Shown here: positions 8,486 to 18,680 of the stretch, one piece after another
Layout: every line of letters begins with the position of its first letter
Position numbering within the stretch: the stretch's first letter is position 1
Origin: Candidatus Methylomirabilota bacterium
GTDB lineage: Bacteria > Methylomirabilota > Methylomirabilia > Rokubacteriales > CSP1-6
NCBI GenBank assembly: GCA_036556545.1
Contig: DATBJF010000020.1
Span: 24,869 to 88,868 of the forward strand
Reading direction: 5' to 3'
Length of the DNA: 64,000 nt
Translations under genes and position numbers: made by a program
Notes under the pieces: model-generated
Databases searched by the model: none
The model's input: the letters and a program-made list of their open reading frames with translations, nothing else
What the model was told of the DNA's origin: nothing

Positions 8486-9423
8486 AGGTACTGGCCGTAG
8501 CGAATCTTCTCGACCACGCTGCGTACCCGCTTGTAGCGGTCGACGGCGTCGAGCAGATCGTCGGTGGTGACGTTGGTGGCCTCCCGGCCCTCGGCCACCT
8601 GCCGGACCTTCATCTCCAGCGCGCGCCGGATGATCTCCGTGATGTCGGCGCCGCTCATGCCGCCCATCAGGGGCAGGAGCTTGCGATAGTCGAGTGGCTC
8701 GAAGAGCTTGCGCCCGGCGTCGCGCTCGGTGCGCGAGGCGAGCAGCTCGAGGATCTCGCGCTGCTCGTCGGCGTCCGGCAGCGGCACCTCGACCAGGTGA
8801 TCGAGACGGCCGGGGGCCACGAGGGCGGAGTCCACGGCATCGGTGCGGCTGGTCGAGGCCACCACGAGAATGCGCGCGGTCTTGGCCACGCCGTCCAGCC
8901 GCTCGCACAGCGTCGCCACCAGCCGCGCGCTCGCCTCGCGCGCCTGCGGCGGCGGCAGCAGGTGCTCGAGGGACAGCGCTTCCGCCTCGTCGAGGAACAG
9001 CACGCCGCGTCCCTCGGCGATCGCGATGCGGAGGATCTCCTGCAGGAGCTCGCCCGTGTTGGCGCCGAACTTCGACGTCAGGTTGAGCAGCTTGATGTGA
9101 TAGAAAATCGCCTGCGACGCGGTGGCCAGCGCCCGGGCCAGCTTCGACTTCCCGGTGCCCGGCGGCCCGTAGAGGAGCACGCCTTTGGGCGGCGTGATCC
9201 CCCACTTCGTATAGAGATCCGGCTGGGTGAGCGCGTACGCGAAGCCCTGCAGCGTGGCCTTGGCCTGCTTGAGCCCGCCGATGTCGTCGAAGGACACGCT
9301 CGGGCGGATGTCCGTCTCGACGCGCCCGGTGAGGTCACCGAACTTCTCGCCGAGCTTGGCAAAGACGTCCTCGATACGGCGCTGCAGCGCCCAGCGAAGA
9401 TCGTCGCCTTCGAGCGTCGACAT
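8482..9423 (-). CDS. AAA+ ATPase, single classic-clade AAA domain
   Basis: Walker A GPPGTGKSKLA, Walker B VLFLDEAE. 313 aa. Confidence 0.85.
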   Translation of the reverse strand: MSTLEGDDLRWALQRRIEDVFAKLGEKFGDLTGRVETDIRPSVSFDDIGGLKQAKATLQGFAYALTQPDLYTKWGITPPKGVLLYGPPGTGKSKLARALATASQAIFYHIKLLNLTSKFGANTGELLQEILRIAIAEGRGVLFLDEAEALSLEHLLPPPQAREASARLVATLCERLDGVAKTARILVVASTSRTDAVDSALVAPGRLDHLVEVPLPDADEQREILELLASRTERDAGRKLFEPLDYRKLLPLMGGMSGADITEIIRRALEMKVRQVAEGREATNVTTDDLLDAVDRYKRVRSVVEKIRYGQYL

Positions 9424-9450
9424 GGCCCGGCCAGTATAGCGCCGCGGCCC

Positions 9451-10632
9451 TCAGCGCGCGGGCGTCCGGGGCAGCCCCATCGACAGCGCCGAGCCGAGCA
9501 GCAGCAGCATGGTCAGCACGCTCCACATCGCCGCGTAGCCGAGCGCGTGCGCGACGGCGCCGAAGAGGACGGCGCCCGCCGTCTGGCCGAGCAGGAACAT
9601 CGAGCTGAAGACGCCGACGGCGGTGGCGCGGCGAGCGGGCGGCGTGAGGTCGGTGACGAGGGCGGCCAGGCCCGGATAGAGGAAGCCGTGGGCCGCGCCG
9701 GAAACGAGGCCGGCCACGAAGAGGATCGGCACCACCGGCGTGGTGCTGGCGCGGCTCACCACGTAGCCGACGACGGCCAGCAGTGCCGGCGCCAGCATCT
9801 GCAGGAACATCGAGGGAACGATGACGGCCCGCCGGCCGCGCGTGTCGATGAGCCGCCCGCCGAAGACGCGCACGGCGATGGCCGCCACCGCGTACGCCGT
9901 GTAGAAGAGCGACAGGCCGGCCACGGCCAGGCTCTGCGCGAACGTCGGCAGGAACGCGAAGATGGTGCCCGAGCCGAGGCCGAAGAAGAGCGTGACGATC
10001 ATGTGGCGGCGCAGCACGTCCGTCAGCCCCGCGCGCAGCGAGCCCGCCGCCGGCACCGCCCCCGCGCCCGCCGGGCGCCGGTCTCTGAGACGCGTGATGA
10101 GGACGAGCGGCACCAGCGACAGCACCGCCGACACGGCGAAGAGCGCGCGGAAGCCCGAGCGCCGCACGATGATCTCGCCGAAGAGCGGCGCCACCGCCGT
10201 GGCCACGAAGCCGGAGACGCCGTAGATGCCCAGCGCCCAGCCCCGCTGCGCGGGCGGCACCAGGTCGACCACGTACGAGAACATCGCCACGAAGTACGCC
10301 GAGAAGCCGAAGCCCTGGAGCACGCGGACGGAGGCCAGCACGGGGATGGAGTCGAAGACCGTCGCCAGCACGGCGGCCGCCAGGACGAGCGCGCAGCCGA
10401 TCAGCATGAAGAAGCGCCGGCCGACGGCATCCACCCACGGGCCGATGAGCGGCTGCGCGACGATGCCGATGGCGCTGTAGAGTCCCATCAGCACGCCGAT
10501 CTCGATCTCGGTGCCGCCGAGCTCCTGGACGTGCAGCGGCAGCAGGACGAAGGCGTTGAAGCTCAGGAAGAACGCGAAGTTGATGACCGTCGCCCGCACG
10601 AAGTGGCGATGTGCGAGAATGAGCGGCGGCAC
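9451..10632 (-). CDS. MFS transporter
   Basis: 393 aa, about 12 hydrophobic segments. GTG start. Confidence 0.7.
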   Translation of the reverse strand: MPPLILAHRHFVRATVINFAFFLSFNAFVLLPLHVQELGGTEIEIGVLMGLYSAIGIVAQPLIGPWVDAVGRRFFMLIGCALVLAAAVLATVFDSIPVLASVRVLQGFGFSAYFVAMFSYVVDLVPPAQRGWALGIYGVSGFVATAVAPLFGEIIVRRSGFRALFAVSAVLSLVPLVLITRLRDRRPAGAGAVPAAGSLRAGLTDVLRRHMIVTLFFGLGSGTIFAFLPTFAQSLAVAGLSLFYTAYAVAAIAVRVFGGRLIDTRGRRAVIVPSMFLQMLAPALLAVVGYVVSRASTTPVVPILFVAGLVSGAAHGFLYPGLAALVTDLTPPARRATAVGVFSSMFLLGQTAGAVLFGAVAHALGYAAMWSVLTMLLLLGSALSMGLPRTPAR

Positions 10633-10646
10633 CGCGCGATTATCGC

Positions 10647-11480
10647 ATGCAGACGACGCACGCCCTGCTGCGCGCCGCGATTGGTGGCGCCGGCGACGAT
10701 CTCACGCTGACGCTCGATCCGGCCTTCCAGGGGCTCCCGGACACGGCGCACGGCGGCACGCTGCTCGCCGTCTTCGACACCATCGCCGGGTCGTCCGGGC
10801 CGCGTGACGTCGTCGGGCACTATCGCCGGCGCGTGCCGCTCGGCGTCCCGCTGAAGGTCGCCGTCGCCCGCTCGGGCAGCGGCGTCGCTTGCCGGGTGCT
10901 CGACGCCTCGGCGAGCACCCTCGTCGAGGGCGAAGTTCAGCAGGCCGCAACGGTGGACGGCGACGGCGGCGGGGCGACGTCGGGCGTGCCGTTGCCCGTT
11001 TCGCGAACGTGCTTCGCCTGCGGCACCGACAATCCGATCGGGCTGCGCGTCGCGCTCGCCTTCGACGCACGGACCGTCGGCGGAACCTGGAAGCCGGATG
11101 CCCGCTTCGCCACCGGTGACGGCCGCCTGCCCACCGTGGCGCTCACCACGCTGCTCGACGAGGCGGCCTTCTGGCTCGGTGCCCTCGCCACCGGTGAGTC
11201 GGGCATGACCACCGAGCTCCGGGTCACGCTCGTCGAGAGCGCCGCCGCCGGCGCCGCCGTACGCGTCGGCGGTGAGCGGGCCGCCGCGCGGCCGCGGGCC
11301 GACGACGGCCGCTACTGGGACACGCGCGTGGCGGCATGGGACGAGCGTGGTCGCCTGCTGGCGAGCGCTGCCATCACGTTCGTGGCCGTGCGTGGCGCCG
11401 CCCGCCGGCTGGTGAACGGCCTGCTGAGCGTCAACCCGACCGACGTCGTCCGCCGGGTGTTTCCCGCCTACACCCCGTGA
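10647..11480 (+). CDS. Tandem hotdog-fold (PaaI-like) thioesterase family protein
   Basis: N-half has AHGGTLLAVFD. C-half has CFACGTDNPIGL, typical of PaaI/DUF4442-like hotdog proteins. Confidence 0.55.
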   Translation: MQTTHALLRAAIGGAGDDLTLTLDPAFQGLPDTAHGGTLLAVFDTIAGSSGPRDVVGHYRRRVPLGVPLKVAVARSGSGVACRVLDASASTLVEGEVQQAATVDGDGGGATSGVPLPVSRTCFACGTDNPIGLRVALAFDARTVGGTWKPDARFATGDGRLPTVALTTLLDEAAFWLGALATGESGMTTELRVTLVESAAAGAAVRVGGERAAARPRADDGRYWDTRVAAWDERGRLLASAAITFVAVRGAARRLVNGLLSVNPTDVVRRVFPAYTP

Positions 11481-12742
11481 CGCCGGCGCGCGCGCGGCTC
11501 GTCGTGGTGGTGGTGCCGGCCGCGCTGTACTTCTTCTCGTACTTCCACCGCGTCGCGCCGGCCGTGGTGGCGGCCGACCTGATGCGCGCGTTCGGGATCA
11601 CCGCCGCTTCGCTCGCGCTGCTGGCGGCCGTCTACCCGTACATGTTCGCGGCCATGGGCCTCGTGGGCGGCACGCTGGCGGACGGCGTCGGACCGCGGTG
11701 GACGCTCACGGCGGGTGGAGTGGCCATGGCCTTCGGCACGGCGCTGTTCGGACTGGCGCCGACGTTCGGCGTGGCGGTGGCCGGACGCCTCATGATGGGC
11801 GTGGGCGCCTCCGTCATGCTGATCGCCTGGCTGAGCCTCATCGCCGCCTGGCTGCGTCCCGGCGAGTTCGCCACCGCGGCGGGCTTGACGCAGACCGTCG
11901 GCAACATCGGCGGCCTCGCCGCCTCCACGCCGCTGGCGCTGCTCGTCGAGGCCGCGGGCTGGCGCGAGACGTTCGTCCTCATCGGTGGCCTCACCCTCGT
12001 GCTCGCGCTCGTCGTGGCGACGACCGTGCGCGATCGCCCGGACGATGCGGCACGGCCCCGCCGAGGCGATGGGCTGCGGGCGCTCGTGGCCGGCGTGCGC
12101 GCCGTCGTGATGAACGCGCACAGCTGGCCGCCGGCGCTCGCGGCGGCCGGCCTGTTCTCGACCGTCGTCACGCTGCAAGGACTCTGGGGCGTGGCGTGGC
12201 TCACGCAGGTCTACGGCGTGGGCCGCGTGCAGGCGGCGTCGATCATCGCGGTGCTGGGCCTCGGGGTCGGCATCGGCGCGCTGCTCGCGGGATGGCTCTC
12301 CGATCGGTGGCGACGCCGCCGACGCCCGTTCGTGATCTTCAGCGCGACCTACGTCGCGTGCTGGCTGGCGCTCGCCACGGCCGGCGGCGGCGCGCTTCCT
12401 GCCGCGTGGCTCGCGCCGTTCCTGCTCGTCATGGGCCTCGCCGCCGGCGGCCTCGCGCTCGTCTTCCCGTGCGTGCGCGAGGTGAACGACCCCGCTCGCG
12501 TCGGCCTCGCCATCGGCTTCTGCAACTTGCCGATGTTTCTCGGCTTCGGCCTCGTGCAGGTCGCCAGCGGCATGATGCTCGACGCGCGCTGGCAGGGGCT
12601 GGCCGTGCTGGGCGCCCGCGTCTACTCCGCCGACGCCTACCGCGCGATGTTCACCGTGTGCCTGGCCGTCGCCGTTGGCGCGACCGTGGCGGCCGCCCTG
12701 GTGAAGGAGACGCGCTGCGAGAACGTCGCGCGAACCGCGTGA
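11477..12742 (+). CDS. MFS transporter
   Basis: GTG at 11477 overlapping the upstream stop (GTGA). Hydrophobic 12-TM-like profile. Confidence 0.7.
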   Translation: MTPARARLVVVVVPAALYFFSYFHRVAPAVVAADLMRAFGITAASLALLAAVYPYMFAAMGLVGGTLADGVGPRWTLTAGGVAMAFGTALFGLAPTFGVAVAGRLMMGVGASVMLIAWLSLIAAWLRPGEFATAAGLTQTVGNIGGLAASTPLALLVEAAGWRETFVLIGGLTLVLALVVATTVRDRPDDAARPRRGDGLRALVAGVRAVVMNAHSWPPALAAAGLFSTVVTLQGLWGVAWLTQVYGVGRVQAASIIAVLGLGVGIGALLAGWLSDRWRRRRRPFVIFSATYVACWLALATAGGGALPAAWLAPFLLVMGLAAGGLALVFPCVREVNDPARVGLAIGFCNLPMFLGFGLVQVASGMMLDARWQGLAVLGARVYSADAYRAMFTVCLAVAVGATVAAALVKETRCENVARTA

Positions 12743-12752
12743 CGGCGAGCGG

Positions 12753-13193
12753 TCAGGCCGAGCGGAGCTGGCCCGGCGACGGCGGCCGCGACAGGATCGT
12801 CTCGATGGCGCGCAGGAAGCGGGGCGCCTCGACCGGCTTCACGAAGTACGCGTCGAAGGCGAGCGCGTCGTCGTGCTGTCGGAGAAAATCCTCGGGATAG
12901 GCGGTCACGGCCACCGCCGGAATCGCGGCGCGCTCGTCCCCCAGCATCCGGAGCCAGCGAATGAAGTCGACGCCGGTCTCGCGCGGCAACTGAAAATCGC
13001 ACACGATCAGCGCGGGCACTCGCACGTCGATCCAGCTCCGGGCGTGCGCCGTCGACCAGGCCGTCACCACGTTGGCGCCGCAGAAGCCCAGGAGCTCGCT
13101 CATGAAATCCAGGGTGTCCTGGTGGTCGTCGACGACCAGAATGGTCTTGCCTTTGAAGTCCGGGTACCCGAACCGCTCGAGCCGGGAAGACAT
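12753..13193 (-). CDS. Single-domain response regulator (receiver only)
   Basis: ILVVDD, phospho-acceptor context LIVCDFQLP, and conserved Lys in YFVKP. Confidence 0.8.
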   Translation of the reverse strand: MSSRLERFGYPDFKGKTILVVDDHQDTLDFMSELLGFCGANVVTAWSTAHARSWIDVRVPALIVCDFQLPRETGVDFIRWLRMLGDERAAIPAVAVTAYPEDFLRQHDDALAFDAYFVKPVEAPRFLRAIETILSRPPSPGQLRSA

Positions 13194-13353
13194 AGCAACC
13201 AGAGTACCAGCGCGCGTCGGGAGCGTCCGCTGGAAAACTAGGTAGATGTACGGAGCGGAGCAGGCGCCTGTGAAACGTTTTTCCTAGTGCCGGTACGGGC
13301 GGAGCAGGTAATCGGTTTGCGCAGCCTCAGGTCCTGCCGTCGCGACCCCGACC

Positions 13354-14547
13354 CTAGACGACCCCGCGTGCCTTCAGCCCTTCCAGCTCTCCGCGGGTGA
13401 GACCGAGCCGCCCGCAATAGATCTCCTCGTTGTGCTGCCCGATCGTGAGCGGCCCGGCGTGCCGCACGGCCCCCGGCGTGGCCGTCAACCGCGGCACGAT
13501 TCCCGCCATGTGGAGGATGCCGCCGAGCGGGCTCGCTATTTCCGCCACGTTCCGGCGCGATATCACCTGAGGATCCTCGAAGATGTCGCGGACGCTGGCC
13601 ACGCGCGACGACGGCACTTCGGCGGCGTCGAGCCGGGTCAGCGCGTCGGCGGCATCGAGGCCACCGACCCAGCGCGCGACCGCGGCGTCCACCTCCTGCC
13701 GGCGCTCCAGCCGCACGGTCATGGTGGGATAGCGCTCGACGAGCGCGGGGGTGCCCATCGCCTTGACGGCCAGTCGCTCGAACATCCGGTCGTTGGTGCA
13801 CGCAATCGCGAGCCACGCGCCGTCACGCGCCTGGTAGTGGTTGTGCGGGACGACGTATTCGGTGGCGGAGCCGATCCGCTCGCGCACGTAGCCGGTGGCG
13901 CCGTACACGGGAATCAGCTCGTCGAGCATCCGCAGCATCGGCTCGTAGAGCCCGATGTCCACCACCTGGCCCTCGCCCGTGCGCTCGCGGTGGCGGAGCG
14001 CCGTCAGCGCGCCGAACGCGCCGAAGACGCCGGCGAGGTAATCCGGGATCGTGGGCGTTCCGGGGCTCACCGGGGGACGGTCGGGATGGCCGGAGAGATA
14101 GGCGGCGCCGCTCACCGCGGCCGCGATGCGCCCGAAGCCCGGCCGCTCGCGCGCGGGGCCCGTCTGGCCGAACGCCGAGATGCGCACCATCACGAGGCCG
14201 CGGTTCACCGTCGAGAGATCGTCCCAGCCGAGGCCCCAGCGCTCCATCGTTCCCGGCCGGAAGTTCTCGGCGAGAACGTCGGCCGACGCCGCCAGGCGCC
14301 TGAGCAGCGCCTGCCCCTCGGGCGCGCGCAGGTTGCAGGTGATCGACTTCTTGTTGCGCGACTCGACGAGCCACCAGTCCGGCTGCCCGCTCGCAGCGCG
14401 CCGTCCCAGCCGCCGAAGCTCGTCGCCCACGCCCGGCTGCTCGATCTTGATGACGGTGGCGCCGAACTCTCCGAGCAGCGTGCAGCAGAACGGCGCGGCG
14501 ACGAAGGTCGCGCAGTCGAGCACGGTCAGGCCGTCGAGCGCCTGCAC
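13354..14547 (-). CDS. Family III CoA-transferase (CaiB/BaiF)
   Basis: LDGLTVLDCATFVAAPFC...GATVIKIE N-terminus. Start taken at GTG 14547, a 1-nt overlap with the upstream stop. ATG 14574 is also possible. Confidence 0.8.
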   Translation of the reverse strand: MQALDGLTVLDCATFVAAPFCCTLLGEFGATVIKIEQPGVGDELRRLGRRAASGQPDWWLVESRNKKSITCNLRAPEGQALLRRLAASADVLAENFRPGTMERWGLGWDDLSTVNRGLVMVRISAFGQTGPARERPGFGRIAAAVSGAAYLSGHPDRPPVSPGTPTIPDYLAGVFGAFGALTALRHRERTGEGQVVDIGLYEPMLRMLDELIPVYGATGYVRERIGSATEYVVPHNHYQARDGAWLAIACTNDRMFERLAVKAMGTPALVERYPTMTVRLERRQEVDAAVARWVGGLDAADALTRLDAAEVPSSRVASVRDIFEDPQVISRRNVAEIASPLGGILHMAGIVPRLTATPGAVRHAGPLTIGQHNEEIYCGRLGLTRGELEGLKARGVV

Positions 14548-14903
14548 TAGCCGTTCTTCTCGGCGTCCACCCACGCCTGCCAGTCGGCGGGCGCGAGGCC
14601 GATGGTGACCTTGCCGCCGTTGCGCACGAGGGGCGTCCGCAGCAGCCGCGGCTCGGTCAGCGCGCGGTCGAAGAGCCGCGCCGGCGAGTCGAGTGCCACG
14701 CGCAGCCCCAGCGCCTTGTAGCGGGCGCTCTCCTTGTCGATCAGCGCGGCGCCGTAGCGGTCGGCGAAACGCCGGAGCTCCCCTTTCGACGCCGGCCGCT
14801 CGTCGAGGTTCACGTAATGGACGGCGATGCGGCGCTCGGAGAAGAACCGCTGCGCCTTGCGCGTGTCACGGCAATCGTTGAACCCGAAGATCTGGATCGT
14901 CAT
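14547..14903 (-). CDS. ArsC/Spx-family protein (YffB-like)
   Basis: MTIQIFGFNDCRDTRKAQRFF N-terminus. 118 aa. Confidence 0.7.
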   Translation of the reverse strand: MTIQIFGFNDCRDTRKAQRFFSERRIAVHYVNLDERPASKGELRRFADRYGAALIDKESARYKALGLRVALDSPARLFDRALTEPRLLRTPLVRNGGKVTIGLAPADWQAWVDAEKNG

Positions 14904-14987
14904 TGTCGCGATGATTGTAGCGACGGCGCTATTTGCGGCTCGAGCCGTGGGTGGCCTGGTCTAGATGGCCGTGGCTGCGCTCCGCGT

Positions 14988-15030
14988 TCAACCGTTTCGC
15001 AGTCAACCGTTTCGCGGTCAACCGTTCGTT
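14988..15030 (-). repeat. 15-bp tandem repeat x3 (TCAACCGTTTCGCNG) spanning the PHP gene stop codon
   Basis: tcaaccgtttcgcag / tcaaccgtttcgcgg / tcaaccgttcgtt, read directly from the sequence. Confidence 0.8.
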
Positions 15031-15865
15031 CTTTCCCGTTTCGCGCGTGCGGCGGCGTCCTTCAGCTCTTCGTACACGCTCATGGGAACCGGCGGGTGGC
15101 CGAGGGGGTTGGTGCGGCCGCTGCGCTCGCCGTGATAGTCGGAGCCGCCCGTGGCCACGAGGCCGTGCTGCCGACAGAGATCCTTGTAGTGCGCCGTCTG
15201 GGCGGCGGAGTGCTCGGCGTAGTACGTCTCGATCCCCATCAGGCCGGCGGCGATCATGTCGGGCAGCAGCTCGTCGCGGTCGGCGAGCCCGGGGTGCGCG
15301 AAGACGGGCACGCCGCCCGCGCGCCGGATGACGGCGATGGCCTCGATGGGCGTGAGCCGACGGCGCGGGACGTTCGCGGGACCGTTGGCGTGCAGCCACC
15401 GATCGAACGCCTCCGGAACCGATCTGACGTAGCCGCGGCGCACCATGACCTGGGCGATGTGCGGGCGCCCGGCGGAGCCCTCGTGGACGAGCGCGAACAC
15501 CTCGGCGGGATCGATCGGCATCCCGAGCTCGGCCAGGCGGTCGGCGATGCGGTGCACGCGCGCGACGCGCTCGGCGCGCTGCTCGCGCAGGAAATCCTGG
15601 AACCACGCCGCGCCGTCGTCGACGAAGTAGCCGAGCACGTGCACCTCCGCGCCCGGCACGTCGCAGTTGATCTCGAGGCCGGGCACGATGACGAGCGGCG
15701 GATGCCGCGCCGCCTCCTCGCGGGCGGCGGCGAGGCCATCGGTCGAGTCGTGATCCGTGATGGCGAGCACGCGCACGCCGCGCTTGACCGCCGCGCGGAC
15801 GAGCTCCGTCGGCGACAGCGTCCCGTCGGACGCCGTCGTGTGGGAATGCAGGTCGACGCCGGCCG

Positions 15866-15869
<4 letters not shown>
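15018..15869 (-). CDS. PHP-domain metal-dependent phosphoesterase (TrpH/YciV-like)
   Basis: Internal ATG at 15869 (ATGA overlap with pepA stop). VDLHSHTTASDG and ITDHD motifs. Confidence 0.8.
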
Positions 15870-17349
<1,480 letters not shown>

Positions 17350-17353
<4 letters not shown>

Positions 17354-17793
17354 ACGCGGCCTCCCGCGCTCAGCGCGGCCGCGCGACGGATCATGTCCAC
17401 CAGCCCCTCGGTGATCGGCAGCCGCTCGACCTCCTCGATCGTCACCCAGCGCACCTCCGCCGCGTCGCTGCCGGCCGTGATCGTGTCGTTTGACTCCGGA
17501 ACGGCGAGGTAATCGATCAGCACCCAATGATAGCGGACGCGGCGGTCGCCATCGCGCGTGACCCGGTCGAGGACGCCGACCAGGCCGGCGATCTGCACCT
17601 TGAGGCCGCACTCCTCCTCCACCTCGCGGCGGGCCGCTTCCACGGTACTCTCGCCCAGGTCGACGAGGCCGCCGGGGACGCTCCACAGGCCAAGGCCGGG
17701 CGCCCGCCCGCGCTTGACCAGCAGCACGCGACCTTCGTGGAGCACGATCGCGCCGACGCCCACGCGCGGGTAGTCGGGGTACTCGCGGGTCAT
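17350..17793 (-). CDS. NUDIX hydrolase
   Basis: Nudix box GGLVDLGESTVEAARREVEEECGL. Confidence 0.85.
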
Positions 17794-18680
17794 CCGACGC
17801 CTTCCAGGCCGCGTCGAGGCCCGCCACGGCTTCCCCGGGGCGCGGCCGAGCGTCGGGGAGTGTGGGGGGCCATGTCGGGGCCCCCCACGCCAAGAGCGCC
17901 GTAGCGCTCGCGAACCAGGCGCTCGACGTGCGCGGTCTCCGCCTCGCTCAGACTCCCGGGCCGAAGCGTCAGCCGATGCTCGGCCTCGAACGCCTCGCGC
18001 AGGGCGGTGGCCACGTCGTCGAAGCGCGGGCGCACGCCGATCGCCGCCTCCAGCGTCGTCATCGAGGCGAGCGGCACGCGCGTGGTGGGAAAGAGCGCGC
18101 GCAGCCGCGGCTCGTCCACGCCGAGCAGCACGGCGCCGTGCTGCAGGAACGACGTCCCCTGCCGGCGCTGCGCGCTGCCGACGATCTTCTTGCCGTCCAC
18201 CTCGATCTCGTAGGCGGCGGTGCGCGCGAAGCAGAAGGCGGGATCGCGGGCGAGGCCGCGGCCGGTCGGCACCATCTCGGCGCGCGCGCCCAGCGCCTGG
18301 AGGCCGCGGGCGAGCGCGCCGCCGATCCAGCGATACGTGTCGAGCAGGTCGGCCGACACGCCGAGATCGTCGGCAGTGGCCGCCACGCTGTAGGTCAGCT
18401 CGCGCTCAGGGCCGTCGTGATAGATCGCGCTGCCGCCGGTGGGCCGGCGCACGATGCCCACCCCCAGCCGGCGGCAGGCGGCGACGTCGACGTGGCGATC
18501 GAGCGGCTGGCCGTAGCCGAGCGAGACGGCCGGCGGCGCCCAGGCGAAGAAGCGGAGGGTCGGTGGCGAGGTGCCCGCCTGCCGGCCCCGCCACATGGCC
18601 TCGTCGATGGCCATGTTCGTCGGCCCATCGCAGGCCTCGGTGACCAGGTATCGCCAGGCGCCTAGCTTCTCGGACTCCAC
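17790..18680 (-). CDS. Lipoate-protein ligase / octanoyltransferase family (BPL_LplA_LipB domain); start uncertain
   Basis: [22 protein letters not shown] and [11 protein letters not shown] motifs. No ATG lies upstream of the conserved N-terminus, so GTG 18680 is used. The last ~33 codons lie inside repeat copy C. Confidence 0.7.
   Translation of the reverse strand: MESEKLGAWRYLVTEACDGPTNMAIDEAMWRGRQAGTSPPTLRFFAWAPPAVSLGYGQPLDRHVDVAACRRLGVGIVRRPTGGSAIYHDGPERELTYSVAATADDLGVSADLLDTYRWIGGALARGLQALGARAEMVPTGRGLARDPAFCFARTAAYEIEVDGKKIVGSAQRRQGTSFLQHGAVLLGVDEPRLRALFPTTRVPLASMTTLEAAIGVRPRFDDVATALREAFEAEHRLTLRPGSLSEAETAHVERLVRERYGALGVGGPDMAPHTPRRSAAPRGSRGGPRRGLEGVG
17815..17888 (-). repeat. GC-rich double-hairpin repeat element, copy C (inverted orientation)
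   Basis: The reverse complement aligns by eye at roughly 85-90% with copy B (GGGGGGCCCCGAcATGGCCCCCC...GCGCCCCGG..AAGCCGTGGCGgGCCTCG). Confidence 0.65.

Noticed and set aside
13194-13210. Sigma-54-like -24/-12 element on the minus strand (CTGGTAC-TCTGG-TTGCT) with correct GG-N10-GC spacing, downstream of the two direct repeats.
   Set aside because: The TTGCT is immediately followed by the only plausible start codon (ATG 13193). Transcription would therefore begin inside the ORF, and no alternative in-frame start exists before the ILVVDD core. It is probably a chance match. TSS mapping could revive it.
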